A stretch of DNA of 32,000 nucleotides from Okeania sp. (GTDB lineage: Bacteria > Cyanobacteriota > Cyanobacteriia > Cyanobacteriales > Microcoleaceae): contig NZ_JAYKGW010000119.1 in assembly GCF_035285525.1 (NCBI RefSeq), forward strand, positions 1-32,000. The letters run 5' to 3'. The translations under genes were made by a program, and so were the position numbers. Within the stretch, counting starts at the first letter, position 1. Each line of letters begins with the position of its first letter. Below are positions 15,973 through 24,429 of this stretch, one piece after another. Under the pieces are notes generated by a model, which ran no database searches, was not told the origin of the DNA, and saw nothing but the letters and a program-made list of their open reading frames with translations.

Positions 15973-17496
15973 TTAAAAAGTCGAAAAGCTTGATATGTCA
16001 ATTTTCTCAGATATTATTCTAGCTACTTTTAATTTGACATACTCCCGACGCTCTCCCGTAGGGAGAGCGCGGGATTCTTCAGTCAGAGAAAAACTGACCG
16101 CAGTTTTAACAGAAGTGATGTCCTCCTCCTGTGTTGACAACAATCCTATTTTTTGTATTAGTAGTGCTGAGTTATAATCTCTATCTAATTCTTGTCCACA
16201 TTCCGGACATGAATGCCAGCGCTGTGATAAACTTTTAGAGACTTTATTCAGACATTCCCAACAATGTTGAGATGTACCTTTGGGGTCTACTTTGATAATT
16301 CTTTTGCCAAGTTTCCAGGCTACATACTCCAAAACCTGAACAAACTGACCAAAAGCAGCATCTTGCAAAGACTTATTTAGTCCTGACTTAGCTGATTGAC
16401 CATTGGGCAAAAACTGACCATTATCACCTAATTTAGCTTTGCAACGTCGGACTAGATTTGCTATTTGTAGGTCTTCTAAAAATATCACGCTCACATCACT
16501 GAACAAATGGTAAGCCAGTTTAAATTGCCAATCTAGTCGTTGTCTAGCTATCAACTGATGCAGTCTAGCGATTTTCCCCTTGAGAATTTTCCAAGGCTTA
16601 GAATGCTTTTGTTTCTTAGCTAATCTCACCTGAAGTTTAGATAATCTATTTTCAGAAAGCCTAAAAAACTTAGGAACTTCAATAAATTCTCCATCACTGG
16701 TAAAAGTATAGTGCAACAATCCTAAATCAATACCTTTTGAGTTTTTTAAAGTGGGTTGAATTTCTGCAACCTCTACAGGTACGGTTTTATCTTCTATCGT
16801 TAAGCTAATATACCATCCGTCTGCTTCGCGAATCACTGTACCTGTCTTAACCTTGAACCCCTTCGATATTTGCCGATTGAAGACAAAAGGGACTAAGCCA
16901 ATTTTTGGTAAATTGACACAATACCGACCATTGGCATTTTTGACTATATTGGCATTTGATAACTGAGGATAACTGAAAGAATTATAATAATGCTTTCCCT
17001 TAAATTTAGGTCTACCAGTGGTTTTACCATTTTTATCAGGTTTGGTAAAATTATCCATTGTTGTTTGTACGCGCTGAATAACATCTTGCAACACCTGAGA
17101 GTGCATAGACTTATACTCAGGAAAAAGTTTTTTAGTCTGTGCTAAATCTGCTAGTTGCACAGTCTCCCAAGTAACATATCCATTAATTATGTTCGGATGT
17201 TTATCCCCTTTCCTAGTTATCGGATTACCATTATTATCTTTTTTTCTGCCATCTCGTGTTTGTACCCTAAATTCAGGGATGTTCTGATAAATCCGGTGTA
17301 CGGACGTTGCATGCAACGTCCCTACCACTGAAACATTAAGTGGACAAGCATTTACTGGTGTGCGTGTTGCTTCAAACCAGTTTAACCTTTGAGCTAAACG
17401 ATAATTATATTGCTTCCTAGCCATGGACAACCAGTTAGATATAATTACCGCTTGCCTTTTATGTGGTTTTAGCTTGTACTTATATTTCAATAGCAT
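15973..17496 (-). CDS. tnpB: TnpB (OrfB) RNA-guided endonuclease-type transposon protein, 507 aa from ATG 17496
   Basis: The N-terminus MLLKYKYKLKPHKRQ..NWLSMARKQYNYRL is typical of OrfB. RuvC-like residues are present: GIDLGL (D), IFLEDL (E), DRDYNSALLI (D). A zinc finger is CWEC..x..CPEC. The ORF-track start at 17577 is a TTG inside the left-end hairpin region. The ORF reads through the right-end hairpin (..TEESRALPTGERREY..), so the last ~50 codons may be fortuitous. Confidence 0.85.
   Translation of the reverse strand: MLLKYKYKLKPHKRQAVIISNWLSMARKQYNYRLAQRLNWFEATRTPVNACPLNVSVVGTLHATSVHRIYQNIPEFRVQTRDGRKKDNNGNPITRKGDKHPNIINGYVTWETVQLADLAQTKKLFPEYKSMHSQVLQDVIQRVQTTMDNFTKPDKNGKTTGRPKFKGKHYYNSFSYPQLSNANIVKNANGRYCVNLPKIGLVPFVFNRQISKGFKVKTGTVIREADGWYISLTIEDKTVPVEVAEIQPTLKNSKGIDLGLLHYTFTSDGEFIEVPKFFRLSENRLSKLQVRLAKKQKHSKPWKILKGKIARLHQLIARQRLDWQFKLAYHLFSDVSVIFLEDLQIANLVRRCKAKLGDNGQFLPNGQSAKSGLNKSLQDAAFGQFVQVLEYVAWKLGKRIIKVDPKGTSQHCWECLNKVSKSLSQRWHSCPECGQELDRDYNSALLIQKIGLLSTQEEDITSVKTAVSFSLTEESRALPTGERREYVKLKVARIISEKIDISSFSTF
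17298..17325. repeat. 28-nt palindromic element copy inside tnpB (in frame)
   Basis: GTACGGACGTTGCATGCAACGTCCCTAC, with 13 of 14 arm positions pairing. On the coding strand it is translated VGTLHATSV. Confidence 0.8.
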
Positions 17497-17904
17497 CCCA
17501 GAATCGACCTTTATATCTATTTGAGTTATTATATCAAAAATAACGACAAACCGCACAAATAAGGCCCGGCTTTCCAATTGCGTCGCTCCCCTACGGGAGA
17601 GCGCGGGACTTCCCGCCGGGGGAGTTAAAGTTAAATATCTATATTAATGAACAGTTCACTAAGTCTGAAAATTTCTATAAAAAAATTTCTAGCTTTTCTC
17701 AAACTTGTGAAGGATATTTATCTTTTTGTCTTTCTATTATCTATTCCCTGTTCCCTTAAACCTAGTAATTTTGTATTTTACAAATATGGGAATATAGCAA
17801 CCGCAAAGGCGGTTAGAATATGGACTGATGATGAATCAAAGACCACGGAAACACTGTTTTAACTTTTCCCTATTCCCTCCATACCTGTTCTCTGCTATAC
17901 TATT

Positions 17905-18321
17905 CTAAAAATTATTCACACTACTTAAACTGAGAATAAACAAAATAGCCGTACAAGAAGAACTAATAGCAAACATGAGCGATCGCCCTATAGGTACATC
18001 AAAAATATAAAATATTGAATAAAAAAATCGCCCAACCACAAAAGTTAATGCTGCTATTATTGCTAAAACAGAATCTTGTTCTGTTAAATATGCCATTATA
18101 GAAGCTGTGGCAAATAAAATAAAGGTTTCAAAAGAATTTTGATGTGCCCAACTTGCTCTCTTAGCATAATTGGGCAATTTTTCAAACAAAGCACGAGGCG
18201 CACCCAAATCATAGCCTACTTTAACACGACCGTAGGCTACTACTAAAAAAGGTGCGTAAACTAGCAGTGCTGCTAGAGCTATACAATCTAAAAAGATTGT
18301 AGATGGTGATAATTCCAACAT
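17905..18321 (-). CDS. MAPEG-family membrane protein (138 aa)
   Basis: Four hydrophobic segments are present, and ..RASWAHQNSFETFILFA.. matches the MAPEG signature region. Confidence 0.7.
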   Translation of the reverse strand: MLELSPSTIFLDCIALAALLVYAPFLVVAYGRVKVGYDLGAPRALFEKLPNYAKRASWAHQNSFETFILFATASIMAYLTEQDSVLAIIAALTFVVGRFFYSIFYIFDVPIGRSLMFAISSSCTAILFILSLSSVNNF

Positions 18322-18352
18322 ATTTATTTTTCTAGTATACCGCTACACGTTA

Positions 18353-18380
18353 GGGAACAGGGAACAGGGAACAGGGAACA
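18353..18380. repeat. STRR heptamer array (GGGAACA x4)
   Basis: Directly visible between the MAPEG start and the DprA-like gene's 3' end. Confidence 0.9.
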
Positions 18381-18477
18381 GTAGAATATCAACAGGTTTT
18401 TCGTAATAGGGAAATGTTCCGCAAACAGGATATAAAAATGTCCGCGCCCAATATTCATTCGACTGCTATAAAACTAA

Positions 18478-18981
18478 CTAATCAAAATAGAACAGAGTTA
18501 CTAATTTACGTTGTTCTTCTGCATCTTGACAAGTCTGCAACAAAGTATGACTATCGTGAAAAGCAAAACAAATTAATTGTTGACATCGAGAAACAATTTC
18601 TTGATTACAAATAGAACTCGCTTCTGCTAAAGATAATTGATCATTTTTCGGATTTTCTACTAAATGAATAACCTTTTCTAACTCTTCACGAGATTCTCTT
18701 GGTTGTCTTTTCAAACTTTGAGGTAAAATTACTGTAACCAAATTAGGGTCAGCCCTCATTGCACCTCGAACTGCTGCTAAGTTACTACCTGTTGCTCCTG
18801 ATGTAATAATATGATTTGAACCTAACACCAAAGCATAACTTAATAACTCAATTAATTGTTGATGAGTAATAGGAACATGACGGGAACCCAACACAGCGAT
18901 TCTTTTAGAACCTGTTTGTTGGATTGCTAAAAGTTCCTGTAAAAAATCATCTACCTTGGGTATATCAATTGATTGACTCAA
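18478..18981 (-). CDS. DprA/Smf-like Rossmann-fold protein (DNA recombination-mediator protein A family), 167 aa; start uncertain (TTG)
   Basis: RIAVLGSRHVP...LGSNHIITSGATGSNLAAVRGAM follows the DprA core pattern (GSR...SGGA.G.D..AH.GAL). The most upstream start is TTG at 18981, and there is no in-frame ATG near the N-terminus. Confidence 0.55.
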   Translation of the reverse strand: MSQSIDIPKVDDFLQELLAIQQTGSKRIAVLGSRHVPITHQQLIELLSYALVLGSNHIITSGATGSNLAAVRGAMRADPNLVTVILPQSLKRQPRESREELEKVIHLVENPKNDQLSLAEASSICNQEIVSRCQQLICFAFHDSHTLLQTCQDAEEQRKLVTLFYFD

Positions 18982-19067
18982 TGATTTTATCTACTATAAT
19001 AAATTTGCCAAAAGGATTATAACAAGTAAATATGTTTTTGTACATTTTAGTTATGGAATAGGTATGG

Positions 19068-19145
19068 AGGGAGGAGTAATCACTTTTCTTCAAGGGAACA
19101 GAGAATAGGCAATAGGCAATAGGGAGGAGTAATCACTTTTCTTCA
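19068..19145. repeat. perfect 25-nt direct repeat (19068-19092, 19121-19145) flanking an (AATAGGC)x3 heptamer array (19104-19124)
   Basis: AGGGAGGAGTAATCACTTTTCTTCA occurs twice, 28 nt apart. Confidence 0.85.
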
Positions 19146-19408
19146 GTAGAAAATCTCAACAAAAATGTGCTTTTTGATAGAAAGTTGCACCAAAGATGGC
19201 TCAAAATTTCTCTTGGCCTTAACATCTTAAAACATTTTTTGCTCGACTTTTACGTCAAATATAAAAAACATACCCTTATTAAACCTCCCCATCACCTTAT
19301 ATACCAGTCAAAGCAAAGAGCGCAGACCCATCAAAAGCCTAAAACCCAGACCAAATCAAGATTTTTCCTTCTCCCTTTTGCTATACCTCCCAATCACCCA
19401 TGAAAATT

Positions 19409-20476
19409 TTAATCAATTTTCAAATTTTCTTGCAAGCGTTCAAAATCAAAGTGTTGTGCCATTAGTTCTTTGACAAATCCTACTTTGGCAGGTTCATGTA
19501 AACGCACACTACCAAAAGTTTTTTCAATGATTTCTACTGTAGAAAGGGTATCATAGTCCACTGACAAAATGGGTACTTCTGCATCGTCTGCACGCCGTAA
19601 TACTAACTCATCCGGTGGCAGTTGTCCAGTTAAAATCAGACAATGAGTCGAAGTTTCTAGAGCTGCTAGCTGAATATCTGTGCGATCGCCCCCTGTCACT
19701 ACTGCCATATTTGTCGCCTTACGGAAATATTTTATAGCTGCACTAACATTCATTGCACCAATTGTCAAGCTTTCTACCATTAAATTTAAGCGATCGCCAC
19801 GACAAAGTACCTGAGCTTTTAATTGTTTTACTAATTCTGCCACTGGAACTCCTCGTAGGAAACTGCTTCTAGGCAATATTCCGAATACTGGTATATCTCT
19901 AGATTGGAGGAAAGGTTTTACTAATGTAGTTACTGTTTCTTGTGCTGATACTGGGACATCGTTAATAACTACACCAAGAAGGGAGCTACCTAAACGTTGT
20001 TTAGCTGAAAGTAAAGAATCTATGTAATGTGAACTTGGACGAGTTACCAAAATCACACCTGCATTAAGGGTTTCTGCAACTTGTGGCAGTGATAGTTCAA
20101 ATAGACTACCGTCATCTATGTTACTAGGTCCTTCTAATATTACTAAACCTTCTGACTCTACCTGTAGATATTGTGCTAGAGATTTTTGATAATCATTTTT
20201 CTCCTCTCCTAGCAAGCGCTTTTCTATGGTATTTTTGTCCAAGGTCAACAAAGTTGGTCGAACACTATTTTGTGAAAGTTGGAGAGTATCAGGTATGAAC
20301 TGTACATCAGCATCTATGGAAGTAGATGTTGGAGTTAAACAGTTCCCCAAAGGTTTTCCATAGGCAATGCTTATACCTTTTGCTTGTAACTCATGGGCTA
20401 TTCCTAAAATAATTGTAGATTTGCCACTGTAAGGTTCAGTCGATCCAATTAGCAAATAATTTGCAGATTTTGGCAC
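19409..20476 (-). CDS. phosphotransacetylase-family protein (BioD-like N-terminal domain + DRTGG domain), 355 aa, GTG start
   Basis: LLIGSTEPYSGKSTIILG is a P-loop-like motif of the Pta N-terminal/BioD-like domain, and AVVTGGDRTDIQLAALE is the DRTGG motif. The start codon is GTG (plus-strand CAC at 20474-20476). Confidence 0.75.
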   Translation of the reverse strand: MPKSANYLLIGSTEPYSGKSTIILGIAHELQAKGISIAYGKPLGNCLTPTSTSIDADVQFIPDTLQLSQNSVRPTLLTLDKNTIEKRLLGEEKNDYQKSLAQYLQVESEGLVILEGPSNIDDGSLFELSLPQVAETLNAGVILVTRPSSHYIDSLLSAKQRLGSSLLGVVINDVPVSAQETVTTLVKPFLQSRDIPVFGILPRSSFLRGVPVAELVKQLKAQVLCRGDRLNLMVESLTIGAMNVSAAIKYFRKATNMAVVTGGDRTDIQLAALETSTHCLILTGQLPPDELVLRRADDAEVPILSVDYDTLSTVEIIEKTFGSVRLHEPAKVGFVKELMAQHFDFERLQENLKID

Positions 20477-20520
20477 ATCCTAGCTCCTGCAATTAATAAA
20501 CTTTTGGCAATTATCGCATT

Positions 20521-20621
20521 TTTAGGGCAAATATTCCTGGGATAATGGATAATAAATAATAAATAATTAGGGCTTGCTGATTAAATATGGACTTAGAAAA
20601 GAAACCTGGTTGTTTGAAGGT
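20521..20621. repeat. left arm of a ~100-bp imperfect inverted repeat bracketing the 129-aa ORF
   Basis: TTTAGGGCAAATATTCCTGGGATAAT..GCTGATTAAATATGGA..GAAACC.GGTT..GTTTGAAGGT. Its reverse complement is found at 21441-21572. Confidence 0.85.
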
Positions 20622-20836
20622 CAAGCAGTTGCTTGTTCCTCTACTCCCTAATTAATAAAGCTATTAATTAGGCTTAAGTTATTTGTATCGGGTTTCTAAA
20701 TATGAACCTGGCTGATTAAATATAATATGAACCTAGAAACCCGGTTTCTTTGAAAAACCGGGTTTCTGTTTGAAGGTCAAGCAGTTGCTGTTCCCCTACT
20801 CGCTAATGAATAAAGCTATTGATTAGACTTAAGTTA
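20576..20836. repeat. two tandem ~105-125-bp direct copies (20576-20681, 20711-20836) of a repeat module
   Basis: The module is GCTGATTAAATAT..GAAACC(C)GGTTTC..GTTTGAAGGTCAAGCAGTTGCT.GTTCC.CTACTC.CTAAT.AATAAAGCTATT.ATTAG.CTTAAGTTA. Both copies are readable by eye. Copy 2 carries an extra inverted GAAACCCGGTTTC/GAAACCGGGTTTC pair, and its end overlaps the stop codon of the 129-aa ORF. Confidence 0.85.
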
Positions 20837-21223
20837 GTTATAGCGAAGTAGCTTTTTGTAGAAAGCCTTAGAAAAATCTATTGTATCACTGATTCTATAA
20901 TTCCGTAAGACATCTATTAAACAATCAACAAATTCATAAGTAGCCATTATAATTTCATAACTGAGTTCTGGATTATCATCAAACTGCATTCTGCAACGAG
21001 TTATGTCTGCGGGTAATATCGAAACATTCCAGGTAATAACAAAAGGAATATTTTCAACTCCTTTTATATTTTTTGATCCTTCTATATTCCTTGCTCCTTC
21101 TAAATGTTTTTGTTTGTACAAGCTAATAGCAAGACCTAAAAATTTACGTCTTTTTTCTGTGTAGTATGGATTATAAACAGCTATCTCTCCTTTTTCTGCT
21201 GGTTTTAATTGGTTAATTAACAT
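20834..21223 (-). CDS. hypothetical protein (129 aa), no recognisable family
   Basis: It has an ATG start with GGAGA ~10 nt upstream. It contains three tandem 18-nt coding repeats (21047-21100, peptide EGARNI-EGSKNI-KGVENI). Coding status rests on ORF length and the Shine-Dalgarno sequence only. Confidence 0.45.
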   Translation of the reverse strand: MLINQLKPAEKGEIAVYNPYYTEKRRKFLGLAISLYKQKHLEGARNIEGSKNIKGVENIPFVITWNVSILPADITRCRMQFDDNPELSYEIIMATYEFVDCLIDVLRNYRISDTIDFSKAFYKKLLRYN

Positions 21224-21440
21224 TTTAAATATTCTCCGTAATCATCAATGATCTTCTAAAAGTCTAGTTTTTTCTGTTTATATAACTAGGAAATTTAGCA
21301 TTTGTAATAATAATTGTATTTCAGATTTTATATCATGCCTGGTAGCATCGGTATGGTATAGAGAAGGTAAGGAATAATAAAGAAGTTGCCAAAGAAGGAA
21401 AAAACCTTACAAAAAATATTTTTCCAATTTTTTTACACAA

Positions 21441-21572
21441 ACCTTCAAACAGAAACCCGGTTTCTTTAAGAAACCGGGTTTCTATATCCATATTTAAGAA
21501 ACCGGGTTTCTATATCCATATTTAATCAGCTAGCTCTAATTATCAATTATCCCAGGAATATTTGCCCTAAAA
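21441..21572. repeat. right arm of the inverted repeat (includes a duplicated TATCCATATTTAAGAAACCGGGTTTC unit)
   Basis: The reverse complement reads TTTAGGGCAAATATTCCTGGGATAATTGATAAT..GCTGATTAAATATGGATATAGAAACCCGGTTTC..GTTTGAAGGT, matching 20521-20621. Confidence 0.85.
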
Positions 21573-21855
21573 AGCCATTTTTTAGCAATAAGAAATAGGC
21601 AATATTTTTAGAGTTTATTTCTAGTTTTTGAATTATTGCAACCTATATACGGCTGGCTGATTAAATCTCAAAATATTCTATAGATAAAAGTTTCGATCTT
21701 TTTAGAGTCCTATTTCTCAGGAACCGTAAAAGTTAAAGTTTTTAGGCAGGTCAGGTTTAGACATCCGAGCATTTTAGGTTAATTAGGACAGAAAAACTAA
21801 GGAACTATTTTAACAACTACTTCCTCTATAACCCTCCTAAATCTTTACTCTTAAC

Positions 21856-21890
21856 TACTCCCTACTCCCTACTCCCTACTCCCTACCTCC
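21856..21890. repeat. STRR heptamer array (TACTCCC x4 + TACCTCC)
   Basis: Directly visible, ~100 bp upstream of the GT2 start codon. Confidence 0.9.
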
Positions 21891-21991
21891 ACAAAAATAC
21901 CATATTTATAGTTTTTTAAGACGAAATTAGGTTAGTCTCTTAAACATAAGAAAATTATTTAGTTGTTACATCTTTTAAGATTAGTTAAATT

Positions 21992-23512
21992 ATGCCGGAC
22001 AGTTCTTGGCCAAAAAACGATTACTATCAGGAAACCCAAATTAACCAAAACTATGCCTCAGATAATGAACAGCAAAATTATCAGGTATCAGAAAAACAGG
22101 AAAGTTCAGATGCTAACCAGATAGAGCCAAAAATAAAAGTCATGGAAACCAAAAAGTTCAGTAATCAGAATATCTACGATGGTCGTAGACTTAAAGCAGC
22201 TTTTGTGCTGTCCTTGATCTGGACTGTTACCATAATACTACATTTGCTGTCCTGGGGATATTGGACAATTCTGGGTTTAACCGGTTTACTCTCAGTTCAA
22301 TTTTTGCGGATACTATTTGCTAAACCAAAACTAGCTCCTAAAAGTTTATCAGAAGAAAATTTAACAGACTGGCCTTATGTATCTCTTATAGTAGCAGCTA
22401 AAAATGAAGAAGCTGTCATTAGCCAATTGGTAAAAAATATTTGTGCTGTAGATTATCCTACCAATAATTATGAACTTTGGGTAATAGATGACAATAGCAC
22501 AGATAAAACCCCTGTATTGCTAGAAAAGTTGGCTCAGGAATATCAACAACTAAAAGTGATTAGAAGAGGTCCAGATGCTAGGGGTGGTAAGTCTGGCGCT
22601 CTCAATGCTGCTGTACCTTTCGTTAGGGGAGAAATTTTAGGAGTATTTGATGCAGATGCACAGGTGACACCTGATTTACTCAGAAAAGTAGTACCACTTT
22701 TTACCAGGGAAGAAGTAGGAGCAGTACAAGTGAGAAAGGCGATCGCTAATGGGGGTCTAAATTTTTGGACAAAGGGACAATCAGCAGAAATGGTTGTGGA
22801 CAGTTTTTTTCAGGAACAGCGCATTGCTATTGGTGGGATTGGAGAACTGAGAGGAAATGGCCAATTTGTGCGGTTGAATGCTCTAGAAGAATGTGGGGGG
22901 TGGAATGAAGAAACTATTACTGATGATTTAGATTTAACTGTTCGTCTACATCTGAATCAATGGGATATAGATTTTTTGGCTTCTCCAGCAGTAATGGAAG
23001 AAGGGGTGACTAACCCTGTAGCTTTGTGGCATCAACGCTCCCGATGGGCTGAAGGAGGGTATCAGCGCTATTTAGATTATTGGAAATTGATTTTCCGTAA
23101 CCGAATGGGACTTGGTAAAACTTGGGATTTATGGCAATTTTGGGTGACACAATATGTAATATCTGTTGCTGCTGTACCTGACTTTTTGATGGCGATATTT
23201 TTACGTCGTTTACCAATAACGAGTCCTTTAACTGTGTTTACTGTGATGGTTTCTTTGTTAGGAATGTTTATTGGTTTACGTCGAACTCGGAAACGACAAA
23301 GGAGTTTAGTAGAAGAAAAAGAGATAATTGAATTTACTTCTCAGAAAGAACATTCATCGTCTTTATTTTTGACTTTTTGGGAAAGTGTGCGGGGAACTTT
23401 TTATATGTTGCATTGGTTTGTGGTTATGAGTATTACTATTGCTCGAATGTCTCTATTACCTAAGCGGTTGAAATGGGTAAAAACAGTTCATACGGGTGAT
23501 GAGGAAAGTTAA
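21992..23512 (+). CDS. membrane-bound processive-type family-2 glycosyltransferase (506 aa); candidate lipid or polysaccharide beta-glycosyltransferase
   Basis: GT2 motifs are present in order: VIDDNSTD, VFDADA, ITDDLDL and QRSRWAEGG (Q-x-x-RW). Transmembrane segments lie before and after the catalytic domain. The N-terminal ~50 aa are Q/N-rich, and the true start may be the internal METKKF. The architecture is compatible with cyanobacterial monoglucosyl-diacylglycerol synthase-type enzymes, but I cannot verify that assignment. Confidence 0.75.
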   Translation: MPDSSWPKNDYYQETQINQNYASDNEQQNYQVSEKQESSDANQIEPKIKVMETKKFSNQNIYDGRRLKAAFVLSLIWTVTIILHLLSWGYWTILGLTGLLSVQFLRILFAKPKLAPKSLSEENLTDWPYVSLIVAAKNEEAVISQLVKNICAVDYPTNNYELWVIDDNSTDKTPVLLEKLAQEYQQLKVIRRGPDARGGKSGALNAAVPFVRGEILGVFDADAQVTPDLLRKVVPLFTREEVGAVQVRKAIANGGLNFWTKGQSAEMVVDSFFQEQRIAIGGIGELRGNGQFVRLNALEECGGWNEETITDDLDLTVRLHLNQWDIDFLASPAVMEEGVTNPVALWHQRSRWAEGGYQRYLDYWKLIFRNRMGLGKTWDLWQFWVTQYVISVAAVPDFLMAIFLRRLPITSPLTVFTVMVSLLGMFIGLRRTRKRQRSLVEEKEIIEFTSQKEHSSSLFLTFWESVRGTFYMLHWFVVMSITIARMSLLPKRLKWVKTVHTGDEES

Positions 23513-24429
23513 AAGAAGAAGCTATTTCAGTTATCAGTTATCAGTAACAATCTCTGAAGTTAGAGACTGGAAATATTTATGATAATTGATACTCTCTTTG
23601 TAATAAATATTCACCTAAATTACTATTTGATTTGTGAATAAAATTTTGATAAGTAGGTCGGCGTGAATAAACGTCACTATGTAACAAAATTTTAAAGCAT
23701 TTAAAACCCTTGAGATTGCTTCCTTCCACGGTGTTACGGCTCCCTGGGGATGTACTTGTAAATTTTTTCCTTACCTACTTCGTTAAAGTGATCACTGTAA
23801 CAGTTTTTAAGATTTAGATTTGCTATAGTTAGGGTTTATTGAAAAAGTCTTTTGGTTAAGGTAGGGATTAGGGAGTAAACCCACCCCTAACCCTTCCCAG
23901 GAGTTAAGCTTAGGAGGAATGGGAGTTATAAAAGAGGTAGTTGGAAGAATTGTTTCTTAATTTTTTCGTCTAATCACTGTACAAAACTTATATCTAATAG
24001 ACTGTAAATTTTTATATCTATAGGAAAAATAGGGGTGCATTTTAATCCATGAATAAAGCCAAAAACTTACCGCTTTTAGGGAACACTTAACAGTGAACAG
24101 GGAACAGGTATGGAAAAAATAGGTATGGAGGAAAAAAGTATTTTTGCAAATATATCAGATGCACCCAAAAAACTTGATAAACATAAAATTTTTATCACAA
24201 AAGATAAAGGGAAAAAATGAAAAAACTAGATGATTAAAGCAGCAATTTATTGCTAAAAAAATTATTCTAGTCTTTTAAGAGCATTAATTAAGTTTACACT
24301 TATTAAGTAGGTTTAATCTTACCAAATTTATGAAAATCTTGGGGATGCTCAAATAAAGTTTCCCAAACTATTATTGTAAACATTCAGTAGGAAATGCTTA
24401 CACCAGAGCAAATTAAAAGTTAAGTTAAT

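Larger units (their letters stand above)
15973..17625 (-). mobile_element. solo tnpB insertion element (IS200/IS605 family, IS1341-like, no tnpA) bounded by GC-rich hairpins; outer boundaries approximate
   Basis: A tnpB ORF is flanked by related GC-rich palindromes at 16043-16074 (TCCCGACGCTCTCCC-GTA-GGGAGAGCGCGGGA) and 17584-17608 (CGCTCCCC-TAC-GGGAGAGCGCGGGA). The element contains no HIP1 site and sits between the MAPEG and yajQ genes. Confidence 0.7.

Noticed and set aside
17497-17577. 27-codon N-terminal extension of tnpB (TTG start), and likewise 31141..31209 for psaF
   Set aside because: The tnpB extension runs through the left-end hairpin/promoter region, and the canonical OrfB N-terminus begins at ATG 17496. 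The PsaF signal peptide begins at ATG 31140, and the upstream codons lack any family similarity.
15834-19403. Intergenic or overlapping small ORFs 15834..16022, 15995..16177, 17647..17862, 18414..18614 and 19167..19403
   Set aside because: They overlap repeat elements, the tnpB 3' end or the DprA-like gene on the opposite strand. None has a Shine-Dalgarno sequence or a recognisable motif, and their composition looks non-coding.
23513-24429. 917-bp gene-free region upstream of sucC, examined for a tRNA, riboswitch or pseudogene
   Set aside because: No tRNA-like T-arm or anticodon architecture, no recognisable riboswitch core and no extended frame-shifted protein similarity could be seen. The content is explained by dispersed repeats and AT-rich spacer.
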